A stretch of 52,358 nucleotides of DNA from a virus (lineage: Duplodnaviria; Caudoviricetes): the IMG/VR virus record IMGVR_UViG_3300043419_001551, positions 1 to 52,358 of that record. One strand, 5' to 3'. Position 1 is the first letter of the stretch, and each line of letters opens with the position of its first letter. Of the stretch, positions 1 through 8,641 are shown piece after piece. The translations under genes and the position numbers were made by a program. The notes under the pieces were generated by a model that was given only the letters and a program-made list of their open reading frames with translations, had not been told where the DNA came from and did no database searches.

Positions 1-176
1 ACGTCCCTAGACGGCCTGTGACGTCCCTAGACGGCCTGTGACGTCCCTAGACGGCCTGTGACGTCCCTAGACGGCCTGTGACGTCCCTAGACGGCCTGTG
101 ACGTCCCTAGACGGCCTGTGACGTCCCTAGACGGCCTGTGACGTCCCTAGACGGCCTGTGACGTCCCTAGACGGCC
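1..176. repeat. Tandem array of 20-bp unit ACGTCCCTAGACGGCCTGTG (8 full copies plus a partial copy)
   Basis: Perfect repeats with no spacers, read directly; the same unit recurs at the right end of the window. Confidence 0.98.
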
Positions 177-178
177 GC

Positions 179-496
179 TTACCGTCGCCCCTGGCCGTCG
201 AGCCGCCATCCCTCTTTCGTTTCGAGCCGCGTCAACCGACCTTCGAGCGCAGCGACCGCCGCGAGGACCGACGACGCCGCTTCGACGGCCTTTTCGGCCG
301 CGGCGTGCGCCTCTATAGAGGAATTTCGGTATACGCGCGCGTGAGAGACAAAAATTTTCTCCAAGGCCCACGCGCCCGCGAGGGCGAGAAGGCCGATGGC
401 GACGGGGACCGAAGGGTCGATGATGAGTCGAAGACCGACACCGACCGACAAGGCTTCGATGACGGAGACGTCGAGGGGGGTTTGGGGGATTCGCAT
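179..496 (-). CDS. Hypothetical membrane-associated protein (hydrophobic N-terminus, coiled-coil C-terminus)
   Basis: 105-aa ORF, last gene of a tightly packed leftward operon; its stop abuts the repeat array. Confidence 0.6.
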   Translation of the reverse strand: MRIPQTPLDVSVIEALSVGVGLRLIIDPSVPVAIGLLALAGAWALEKIFVSHARVYRNSSIEAHAAAEKAVEAASSVLAAVAALEGRLTRLETKEGWRLDGQGRR

Positions 497-757
497 CTAC
501 TGCGGACCTTTCCCGAGCAGGTATGCCCGAGCCATCTCCGTCCGCAGGGCCGCGCTCGCCGCCGTTCGGTTGAGCGGACCGTGCAGGACCTCGACGTTCT
601 GAATCTCGCGGCCGGAGGTCGACGCCGAAAGGACCGCGTATCCGCCCTTCGTCTTGACCATGCTCAGCCACCGGATGGTCGGGACCTCGCCCGGTTCGGT
701 GCTGCCCGGCGGAACCGTGGTGACGCCTACGGACTCGGACTTCTTCGGTCGTGCCAT
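497..757 (-). CDS. Hypothetical protein (MARPKKSES...)
   Basis: AGGAG RBS upstream of ATG at 757; abuts neighbouring genes. Confidence 0.6.
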   Translation of the reverse strand: MARPKKSESVGVTTVPPGSTEPGEVPTIRWLSMVKTKGGYAVLSASTSGREIQNVEVLHGPLNRTAASAALRTEMARAYLLGKGPQ

Positions 758-761
758 CGTG

Positions 762-1214
762 TCAGCTCCTTCGTTTCGTGGTTGCGTGCAACCGGACTCT
801 GTTCGCCGGGGACGGGTCCGCACGGTACGTCTCACGCGCGACCTTGTACTCTTTTCCGTCGAGGTGAACGAGGTCGTCGACCACGGTGTCTTCCAGCTCG
901 ACAACCTCGTGAGGAACCTCGACGTCCACTGATAGAGCGCAGGTCATCATGTCTCGGTTCGCGCGGTTCTTGTCACGGTATACCTCGCGCCGGTCGTTCG
1001 TCGACCAAGTCACCTCAGACTCGCCCCGGAAGTCTGCGCCGTAGTACCGGTCGTTGAACTGGGCGAGCCACTCCTTGTGCTCCGGTGTCAGCGTCGAGAC
1101 GTAGTCCTGGTCGATTCTCCAAGCCACCGACCTCGGGAACGTGGCCGGGGCGAGGGCTGCACTTCCACCACGCTTGCGGTTCGTGGCCCCGGCCTTTCGT
1201 CCTCGAATCCCCAC
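762..1214 (-). CDS. Hypothetical protein with basic N-terminal arm
   Basis: 150-aa ORF abutting the upstream gene; protein-like composition. Confidence 0.65.
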   Translation of the reverse strand: MGIRGRKAGATNRKRGGSAALAPATFPRSVAWRIDQDYVSTLTPEHKEWLAQFNDRYYGADFRGESEVTWSTNDRREVYRDKNRANRDMMTCALSVDVEVPHEVVELEDTVVDDLVHLDGKEYKVARETYRADPSPANRVRLHATTKRRS

Positions 1215-1721
1215 CTACGCCTCGGTCGTCGGCCGGTAGACGAACGCCGGACGTCCGCGCTTTCCGGTCGGTGGGGCTTTCGCCTGCACGACACGCCCCG
1301 CCTCGACGAGCCGTTCGAGGCTACGCACGCACGTCACCTTGACGTAGCCGGTGGCCGCGACGACCTCGACGAGGCTCTCTGCGCCCGCGTGAAGGGCCTT
1401 CAGCACGCTTAGGTCCGTCTCGTGCCTCTTGGTCTCGCCGAACGCCCCGCCCTTCGTCCTGTCGGGGGCTTGGCACGTCTTGCGCCACGACCCGTCCAGG
1501 TTCTTTTTCCACCAGTGAGGCCGCGCAGCGGACGAACCGTCGTCCTCGTCTGAGGACGACCCGACCGGACGCTCTTCGTCCGGAGGGGTTGTCAAGGAAG
1601 CCTGAAGGTCGGGGAGTTCCTCCACCTTCTCCTCCTTCACGACCTCCGCCGCTGTGACCGGCCCGAACGTCGCCGCGAGGATGCTTTGAACGATGTCGAC
1701 CGCCTCGTTGTTTTCCGCCAT
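1215..1721 (-). CDS. Putative DNA-binding protein with C-terminal winged HTH
   Basis: GGAAGGAG RBS; C-terminal LVEVVAATGYVKVTCVRSLERLVEAGRV...GRPAFVY matches the wHTH pattern. Confidence 0.65.
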   Translation of the reverse strand: MAENNEAVDIVQSILAATFGPVTAAEVVKEEKVEELPDLQASLTTPPDEERPVGSSSDEDDGSSAARPHWWKKNLDGSWRKTCQAPDRTKGGAFGETKRHETDLSVLKALHAGAESLVEVVAATGYVKVTCVRSLERLVEAGRVVQAKAPPTGKRGRPAFVYRPTTEA

Positions 1722-1799
1722 GACTCCTTCCTATCCGACCTCAATGTTTTTGTCTACCGCCTTCCGCCCGACGCCTTTCCGCCCGGTTCCGGTCGTCTT

Positions 1800-2215
1800 T
1801 GTACCAAGTCGGCTTGGTCTTCCGGCTGAGGTCCCTATGCTAAGGAGAAAATGCTTGTGCTTCATGACCGTAATGTACTTTATCATATACTTTAATAGGT
1901 CATGGTGTACATATATACCACTTTTTGCTAGAAGGTGGACTGGGTGTGGACGGCTTTGGATCAGTCTTAAATACTGCTTTGCGGAAAGCCTAATCCAGAC
2001 GGCAAATCGCGATTTTTCGAGGCTGGTTTTACTTGGTTTCAATAAGGTGTAACTTGGTACAAACGAAGACCTCAAGTGCTGTGCCTCAAAAAGTACTTTA
2101 TACCAGATGAGCCAAGCTGGAGGCAGCGTACCAAGTCGCGGGTCTAGACTTCCATCATTTAGCACACGACCTCGGATGCCTTGCTGGATGCTTGACTGTT
2201 TATTTTCTTGACTCC
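1800..2215. other. AT-rich divergent intergenic region, candidate replication origin or control region
   Basis: Clearly more AT-rich than the flanking genes; GTACCAAGT at 1801 and 2128 and inverted at 2052; directly upstream of the primase. Confidence 0.45.
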
Positions 2216-2243
2216 TTCCTTTTCGGTGTGGGAGCCTGCGGTC

Positions 2244-3278
2244 ATGACGAAGACACCCCCATCCGCCTTCGACCTTACCCTTTTCTCCTCCATCTTCCGC
2301 CTGGAGGGCGTGCCGAAGAAGGCGTCGTGGGCGGACCTCGTCGCGGCCTTCGGCACGCACCTTCGCGCCCCGGACAAGACCGAGGTCCCCGGCTTCGGTC
2401 CTTACGTCCTGCAAGACCGGGCGTGCGACCGGCCGAGGCATCCGAAGACGGCACACCGCTGTGACGCCTGCGTGGACGCGGTCAGCCTCGCCGTGTTTGA
2501 CGTGGACTGTGGCACCTATGCCGAGGTCGAGAAGTGCGACCGCTTGCTCGAAGGCTACGCGAGGCTCTGGTACTCCTCGCACTCCTACCGACCGGAGGCG
2601 GCAAAGCCATCCCTTCGTCTCATCGTCCCGCTGGCCTCGCCCGTGCCGGCCGAGCGGTGGGCTTCCTGGCGGTCGAACTTCATCCAGGCCTTCCACGTCC
2701 CCGCGGACCCGAAGAAGTGCGGCGGTCTCTCGCACTTCTACTACGCGCCGAGCTGTCCACCTTCAGTCGAGCCCGTGGCCGTGCAGCACGAAGGCCCGTA
2801 CTTCGACCCCGAACACATCCCGTCCGTGGCCTACCGACGTACCGGCGTTGCCCTCGTCGAGCGACGGCCCGTCGACCCGTCCGCCCCGGACGAGGACCGG
2901 CTCCAGCACATCCGGGGGCGTCTAAGTCAGACCGTCTCGGGCCTGAAGCGGTCCGGCAAGCCCGACGCGACCGAACGCCGCGCGGCCCTAGAGGCACTTC
3001 TCGCGGGCCGACCGCTAGCCGAGAAGGGCTCCCGTAATCAGACGACCACCCGCGTCGTGTTCGACCTCGTGCGTAGGTTCGAGGACCTGACGCTGGGCGA
3101 GTGTCTTGCGGTCGTCGGCCCGTCCCTCGAAGCCATGCAGTCCGCCGGCAGCAGCCTGACCGAGGAGCACGTCACCCGGATGTACGAGACCGCCCGCTTC
3201 AAGCTGGAAGCCCAGCGAGAGGCCGACGCCCGAATCGAGGCGTTACTGCGCGAGCGGCTGGGCCTTCCGCCGCTCTAG
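2244..3278 (+). CDS. DNA primase (AEP/Prim-Pol-like) with PriCT-like C-terminus
   Basis: AVFDVD (DxD), YSSHS...LRLIVPL and GSRN motifs; GGAG upstream of ATG 2244; next to helicase. Confidence 0.75.
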   Translation: MTKTPPSAFDLTLFSSIFRLEGVPKKASWADLVAAFGTHLRAPDKTEVPGFGPYVLQDRACDRPRHPKTAHRCDACVDAVSLAVFDVDCGTYAEVEKCDRLLEGYARLWYSSHSYRPEAAKPSLRLIVPLASPVPAERWASWRSNFIQAFHVPADPKKCGGLSHFYYAPSCPPSVEPVAVQHEGPYFDPEHIPSVAYRRTGVALVERRPVDPSAPDEDRLQHIRGRLSQTVSGLKRSGKPDATERRAALEALLAGRPLAEKGSRNQTTTRVVFDLVRRFEDLTLGECLAVVGPSLEAMQSAGSSLTEEHVTRMYETARFKLEAQREADARIEALLRERLGLPPL

Positions 3279-3360
3279 CCACAGTCCATAGACATCAAGT
3301 TTGACGACCTTGACGAAGCCATCCTGCGTAGGGCAGGGTGGCCGTCCTCCCGAGGGGTTC

Positions 3361-4755
3361 ATGAGCACACCGTCCGGCACCGTTTCCGACGTCGAAGAAG
3401 CCCAGTTCCTACAAGCGGTGGGGGAGTTCGCCTACTCGGTACCCCATGAGAAGTACATCTACCGGAACCTCGGCAAGTGGCAGGACGGCACGCCCGTCAC
3501 CGAGAGGGGCATCCGGCAGTTCCTCCTTGCCCGCCACTACCCGCCGGACGTGGTGGACATGGTCATCGGCAAGGGCTTGTACCACCGTGCGCTCTCGCTC
3601 GAAATCCTCCCGAACGAGCCGCCGGTCGTTCGCACCCCCTCGGGCCAGTGCGTCATCAATCTCTGGTCCCCGCCGCGCTACACACCGGCCAACACCGCCG
3701 GACCCATGCCGCGCATCGAGACCTTGCTCCGGTGGCTGACGTTCTGCCCGATCAACGACCCGACCGAGGAGCAGCTCGAAGGCTTCCGGTGGGTGCTGCA
3801 CTGGATGGCCCGCAAGATTCAGAACCCCGCGCTGCTGGCCATGGTGGCCCCTATCTTCGGCACCGAGCCCGGAGCGGGCAAAGGCACCCTCTACAACATC
3901 ATCGCCCTGATGCTGGGCGAGGATAACTGCGAGATCGTCGACCGCTCGCAGCTCGAAAGCAAGTACACGCCTTGGGCCAAGGCGCTCTTCGTCTTCGGCG
4001 ACGAGATCAAGAGCCACGACAACCAGAAGGACGTTGAGGAGCGGCTGAAGTTGCTCATCGCCTCACCGAAGATGATGGTCGAGGTCAAAAACGTCAACGC
4101 CATGACGCTTCCGAATAGGAAGGCATGGATGTTCGCCTCGAACGACAAGATCAGCCCCATACGCATCGAGCCCAACGACCGCCGGTACAGTTACTTCAAG
4201 AACCACACGCCGGTCACCAAGGCGTATCGAGCGCTCCTCCGGTCCTGCTACCTGCCGGACGGCACGGGCTTTGAGCCGTCGTTCATCGAGGAGGTCCGGT
4301 CTTTCTGGCGGATGCTGCTGGACTTGGAGGTCGAGCTCCCCTTCGCCTCGGACCCGTTCCGAAACGAGTCCCGTCAGGCCCTCGTCTCGTCGAGCCATTC
4401 CGCCCACGACGTCTTCACCCAGAGGCTCGAAGAGGACGGCATCGACGCGCTCATCGACGATCTGCTCGACTCCCCGAAGGGTCTCAAGTTCCGCGGCGAC
4501 CAGAACCGGAAGGAATGGGATTTCGGAGACAAGGGCATCGCCAAGGCCGTGGTGTACGAGGCGTACAGGGTTCACTGCGAGGCGGAAGGTCGCCACGCCA
4601 TGTCCGCCAATCGCTTCGGACCGGTGCTTCGGTCCATCGACGGCGTGGTCGAAGGGCGGCACTGGGCACCGAGCGGAAAGAACGTACGGGTTTGGGTCCT
4701 TCCGAGACTCGTCGCCAAGCGAGGGGTCGACGACGGGCAGTGGGACGCAGCTTGA
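3361..4755 (+). CDS. SF3 (D5/DUF5906-like) primase-associated helicase
   Basis: Walker A GTEPGAGKGT, Walker B FVFGDE, motif C FASN, DRRY arginine finger; GAGGGG RBS before ATG 3361. Confidence 0.8.
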   Translation: MSTPSGTVSDVEEAQFLQAVGEFAYSVPHEKYIYRNLGKWQDGTPVTERGIRQFLLARHYPPDVVDMVIGKGLYHRALSLEILPNEPPVVRTPSGQCVINLWSPPRYTPANTAGPMPRIETLLRWLTFCPINDPTEEQLEGFRWVLHWMARKIQNPALLAMVAPIFGTEPGAGKGTLYNIIALMLGEDNCEIVDRSQLESKYTPWAKALFVFGDEIKSHDNQKDVEERLKLLIASPKMMVEVKNVNAMTLPNRKAWMFASNDKISPIRIEPNDRRYSYFKNHTPVTKAYRALLRSCYLPDGTGFEPSFIEEVRSFWRMLLDLEVELPFASDPFRNESRQALVSSSHSAHDVFTQRLEEDGIDALIDDLLDSPKGLKFRGDQNRKEWDFGDKGIAKAVVYEAYRVHCEAEGRHAMSANRFGPVLRSIDGVVEGRHWAPSGKNVRVWVLPRLVAKRGVDDGQWDAA

Positions 4756-4763
4756 ACGAGGGC

Positions 4764-4793
4764 TTGACGAATAAAGGACACTCGACGTACTAT
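4764..4793 (+). promoter_or_regulatory. Sigma70-like promoter TTGACG-N18-TACTAT
   Basis: Near-consensus hexamers in an intergenic region upstream of an operon. Confidence 0.55.
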
Positions 4794-4855
4794 CCGCCTC
4801 GTTCCGCTCGGTACAGGGCCGAAACGGACATCACCCGTACTATCCCGAGGGAATC

Positions 4856-5176
4856 ATGATCAAGCACCACGACCCCGAGTTCGAGACCGTCATCGACAAC
4901 GCCCCGCCCCGCTTCGGCCGCATCCGGTGGTTCCTCGTCCGCCGCCTGCTCGCCGCTCTGAACCTCGTCGAGGGGCGCTTTCAGCGTCTTCGCGAGTGGG
5001 CGCTTCAGGAAGCCGTGGAGTCCAGCCCCGACTTCGACACCTTCGAGGCGTGGGTCACCGAGCACTACGCCGCTCGTGGCCGGAAGGTCACGGTCGACGT
5101 CATCAAGGCCGTGGTCCCGCCGGTCGTCCCGACCCCGCCGCCGACGCAAGCCAACCCCTCGACGTGGGTTGACTAG
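4856..5176 (+). CDS. Hypothetical protein
   Basis: GAGGG RBS, GC3-rich codons, first gene after the promoter. Confidence 0.7.
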   Translation: MIKHHDPEFETVIDNAPPRFGRIRWFLVRRLLAALNLVEGRFQRLREWALQEAVESSPDFDTFEAWVTEHYAARGRKVTVDVIKAVVPPVVPTPPPTQANPSTWVD

Positions 5177-5177
5177 C

Positions 5178-6638
5178 ATGACCCTCCGCTCCGTCTCCGC
5201 CACTCAGATCAAGCAGCACCGCTCGTGCGCCCTTCAGTGGTACCTCCAGCGCATCGAGGGCTGGACGATGCCTCAGTCCCCGAGCCAAGCACTCGGCGAG
5301 GCCATTCACCTTCAGGTCGAGAACTATCTCTTGTCCGCCGCCGAGCCGACTCTTGGCTCGGTGCGCGTGGCGATAGAGAAAGGTTTGGTCCCGCCGATTG
5401 GCGGTGCGTACCTCGTCGAGGAGCCGAAGGACTACGCCATGCGTATCTTGGCGGCGGACGTGCCGGTCAAGGGACGCATCGACCTTCTCATCCCGCCGGC
5501 ATCGGGCGAGTCGCTGGTGAAGGTCGTTGACTGGAAGTCGGCCAGCTCCTTCCGGTACGTTCCCGAGCCGGACGTCCTGACGCGCGACGTTCAAGGCGTG
5601 CTGTACCTTCGCTACGCCTTCGAGAACTATCCGTATGCGACCGAGGGCCAGTTCCGCCACGTGTACCTGCTGACCAAGGGAACCGGCTCGAAGAAGGTCG
5701 ACGCCGAGGTGGTCGACCGTCCGTTCGTGGACGCCCAGTGGGCGCACATCGAGCAGACCGTCGAGGAGATGAAGGCCACCGCGACCCGTCCCCTGCCAGT
5801 CGTTGCCCAGACACAGGCCAACCTTTCACACTGTTCGGCATACGGGGGGTGCAGCTTCCGAGACCGCTGCCCCGCCGCTTCTAAAGGTCTCGTCGCGTCA
5901 ATGATAGAAGCCGAGTCGCAGACCTCGGCGTCAGGAGAGGGAATCACCATGTCCACGCTTGCAGAGAAACTGAAGGCCCGAAAGGCCGCGACGCAGTCGT
6001 CGCCCGTTGTAGCCACACCGCCCGAGGTGGCGACACCTGCCGTCGTCCCCGAGGTCGTCGCACCGGTCGTCGAGCCGGTCGTCGCCACCGTTATCCCGCC
6101 CGACGCTCCGGGTGGGGACAAGGTCCCCGAGAAGGCGGAGGGTATCATGGCCACGCTCGCGAAGCGTCGGTCGTCGAAGACCCAGCCCGTCGCGGTCGAG
6201 GCTCCGGCCCCGACCCCAATCGCCGAGCCGGTCGTCGTCGAGGCTCCGGTCGTCGTCGAGGCTCCGGTCGTCGTCGAGGCTCCGGTCGTCGTCGATCCGG
6301 TCATGACTTCCGCTCCCGCACCGACGCTCTCGCTCTTCGTGGACTGCTATCCGGAGCGTGCGCCGTTCGAGAACCTCCACGCACTCGAAGACGAGATTGC
6401 CGAGCGAACCCCGTCGCTGCTGGAGCACCTGCGGAAGACCTCGCCGAAGGACGTTCCCGAAGGCACCGTGGACCTCGGCGAGGTACTCTTCGGCCGCGGT
6501 TACTCCACGCTCTCGGCCTCGTTCGCTCTGAAGCCCATTACCGGTGCGTGGACCGTGTCCACACTCGGTCCGGCCTCTAGCAAGGTGCTGGAGGTTCTGC
6601 TCCCCAAGGCCGCGCTTGTCGTTCGAGGCCGGAGGTAG
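5178..6638 (+). CDS. PD-(D/E)XK (Cas4/RecB-like) exonuclease with long Pro/Ala/Val-rich C-terminal extension
   Basis: SATQI...C, GEAIH, GRIDLL, VVDWKS, Q...Y and a C-terminal CxxxxxCxxxxxC cluster. Confidence 0.8.
   Translation: MTLRSVSATQIKQHRSCALQWYLQRIEGWTMPQSPSQALGEAIHLQVENYLLSAAEPTLGSVRVAIEKGLVPPIGGAYLVEEPKDYAMRILAADVPVKGRIDLLIPPASGESLVKVVDWKSASSFRYVPEPDVLTRDVQGVLYLRYAFENYPYATEGQFRHVYLLTKGTGSKKVDAEVVDRPFVDAQWAHIEQTVEEMKATATRPLPVVAQTQANLSHCSAYGGCSFRDRCPAASKGLVASMIEAESQTSASGEGITMSTLAEKLKARKAATQSSPVVATPPEVATPAVVPEVVAPVVEPVVATVIPPDAPGGDKVPEKAEGIMATLAKRRSSKTQPVAVEAPAPTPIAEPVVVEAPVVVEAPVVVEAPVVVDPVMTSAPAPTLSLFVDCYPERAPFENLHALEDEIAERTPSLLEHLRKTSPKDVPEGTVDLGEVLFGRGYSTLSASFALKPITGAWTVSTLGPASSKVLEVLLPKAALVVRGRR
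6228..6294 (+). repeat. 18-bp in-frame tandem repeat encoding PVVVEA (about 4 copies)
   Basis: CCGGTCGTCGTCGAGGCT repeated. Confidence 0.9.
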
Positions 6639-6640
6639 TC

Positions 6641-6850
6641 ATGCGTTCCATCGAGTTCGTGCTGTGCGGCCGGAAGTTCAAGATGGCGAGGGATGGAGAT
6701 GTCCGACGAGTCTTCGACGCGAACAGGACCGAGTGGTCCGACGAAGAACTCACTATCCTTGGTGGCGAGGTTGAAGCAACGACGACCCTCGCCTACGCCC
6801 AGCGCGACCTCGAACGTTTCACCGACTATCCCCTATCCCACGAGCGGTAG
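6641..6850 (+). CDS. Hypothetical protein
   Basis: GGAGG RBS; 69-aa ORF immediately after the nuclease. Confidence 0.6.
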   Translation: MRSIEFVLCGRKFKMARDGDVRRVFDANRTEWSDEELTILGGEVEATTTLAYAQRDLERFTDYPLSHER

Positions 6851-6962
6851 CGCTCTCGTCGAGAGGGTTCGAGCGGCGGCGAAGACTCTGGGTCTGAACA
6901 TTCCCGAGTCCTCGTCGCCACCCGTTCCCGTCCCCGCCCTTCCGCCTCCGCGGGAGGCGAAC

Positions 6963-8639
6963 ATGGGCGGGTTCGCGGTTCGGCCTTCCGTTGAGCTGGA
7001 CCGCGTCGTCGGCCTGCCCCGCCGGCAGGCGAGCGTCTCCGACAAGGAGACCGAAGCCCTGCACGAGGACCTGTGCCTTCCGAACGGGACTCGAAGGCTC
7101 CGGCCTATCCAGGCGCTGGCCCTCACCGAAGCTCGCCGGTCGAACGGTCTCTTCGGCCCCATCGGCGTGGGTGCGGGCAAGAGCGATATCGCCCTTCTCC
7201 TGCCCGTGGTCATGAAGGCCAAGGTCGCGGTGCTACTCGTGCCGGCGAACCTGCGGGAGAAGGTCTTCCAGCAAGACTACCCGCTCCTCGTGCAGCACTA
7301 CCGGATGCCGAGGCTCGCGAACGCGAAGGTCCTTGCGCTTGGCGCAGAGTGCGTGCTTCACGTCCACAGCTACAACGAGCTGTCGAGCGCGAACAAGCAC
7401 GACCTCCTCGAACAGATACAGCCCGACCTCATCATCTGCGACGAGGCCCACGCCCTTCGTCACCCGTCCGCAGCCCGTACCCGTAGATTTCTGAACTACT
7501 TCCGCGCCCATCGGGACACGCGCCTTTGCGTGCTCTCGGGGACCATGACGAGCAAGTCCATCAAGGACTACGCGCATCTGGCTTGGCTGTCGCTCAAGGA
7601 CAACGCCCCCATCCCGACGAAGTGGGCCGTCCTCGAAGAGTGGGCGGCGGCTCTGGACTCGGGACCGGTGCAAGCCCCGCCGGGCGCGCTCGTCAAGCTG
7701 TGCCGCGATGGCGAGGCCGTTCGAGAGGGGTTTCAGCGTCGCGTCGTCGAGACCCCGGGCGTCATCGCCACGACCGACAACGCGCTCGGCAACGGTCTCG
7801 TCTTCTCGGAGCGCCCGCTCAAGGCCCCACCCGAGGTGCGAGAGGCGCTCAAGACCATGCGCGAGACGTGGACGACACCGGACGAGGGCGAGGCGTTCGA
7901 CGACATCTTGACCCTGCACCGGTACGCGAGGCAGCTTGCCGCAGGGTTCTACTACAAGTGGGTGTGGCCGAAAGGTGAACCGCTACAGGTACGCACGTCA
8001 TGGCTCGACGCCCGCAAGGCGTGGAACCGCGAGGTCGCGAACTTCTTGACCTACCGGGCCAAGCCGGGCATCGACTCGCCGCTCCTGCTCGCAAAGGCGT
8101 GTGCCGACGGTCGGGTGTCGTCCATGAACTACGAGCGGTGGGCGGCGCTTCGAGACACGGCCAAGCCAGAGGTCGAGGCCGTGTGGCTCGACGACTACCT
8201 TGTGGACGATGCCGTGGCGTGGGGGAAAGAGGCCGTAGGCATCGTGTGGTACGAGCACGCCGCCCTCGGGGTTCGCATCGCCGAGAAGGGCGGGTTCCCG
8301 CTTTTCGGGCCGGGAGCGGACGGCATCCTGAAGGAGCGAGGAACAAGAACCATCGTCGCCTCCATCAAGGCCCACGGCACCGGCAAGAACCTCCAGTGCT
8401 ACAGCCGAAACTTGGTGACGACCGCGCCCACGTCGGGTACGGTTTGGGAGCAGCTACTAGGCAGAACCCATCGACCTGGGCAGCAGGCCGACGAGGTCAC
8501 GATAGACGTCTACCGCCACACGCTAGAGATGCGTGGGGCCATGACGAAAGCACTGAGGGACGCGAACTACCAAGAGAGCACGACCGGCAACCGGCAGAAG
8601 CTGCTGGCGGCAACCTACACCTTCCGAGACGAGAACTGA
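6963..8639 (+). CDS. SF2 (SNF2-like) DNA helicase
   Basis: VGAGKS (I), ICDEAH (II), LSGT (III), EQLLGRTHRPGQ (VI); GGAGG RBS before ATG 6963 (start uncertain). Confidence 0.85.
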   Translation: MGGFAVRPSVELDRVVGLPRRQASVSDKETEALHEDLCLPNGTRRLRPIQALALTEARRSNGLFGPIGVGAGKSDIALLLPVVMKAKVAVLLVPANLREKVFQQDYPLLVQHYRMPRLANAKVLALGAECVLHVHSYNELSSANKHDLLEQIQPDLIICDEAHALRHPSAARTRRFLNYFRAHRDTRLCVLSGTMTSKSIKDYAHLAWLSLKDNAPIPTKWAVLEEWAAALDSGPVQAPPGALVKLCRDGEAVREGFQRRVVETPGVIATTDNALGNGLVFSERPLKAPPEVREALKTMRETWTTPDEGEAFDDILTLHRYARQLAAGFYYKWVWPKGEPLQVRTSWLDARKAWNREVANFLTYRAKPGIDSPLLLAKACADGRVSSMNYERWAALRDTAKPEVEAVWLDDYLVDDAVAWGKEAVGIVWYEHAALGVRIAEKGGFPLFGPGADGILKERGTRTIVASIKAHGTGKNLQCYSRNLVTTAPTSGTVWEQLLGRTHRPGQQADEVTIDVYRHTLEMRGAMTKALRDANYQESTTGNRQKLLAATYTFRDEN

Positions 8640-8641
8640 CC

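Noticed and set aside
1-176. CRISPR array at the termini
   Set aside because: The repeats are contiguous with no unique spacers; the Cas4-like nuclease is a common stand-alone phage gene and no cas operon is present
147-1057. ORFs 158-1057 (+) and 147-671 (-) running into the repeat array
   Set aside because: Arg/Gly-rich shadow translations overlapping better-supported minus-strand genes
8000-8641. N-terminal extension of the RNR ORF
   Set aside because: It overlaps the helicase in another frame and reads as Arg-rich shadow sequence; the plausible start is ATG 8642
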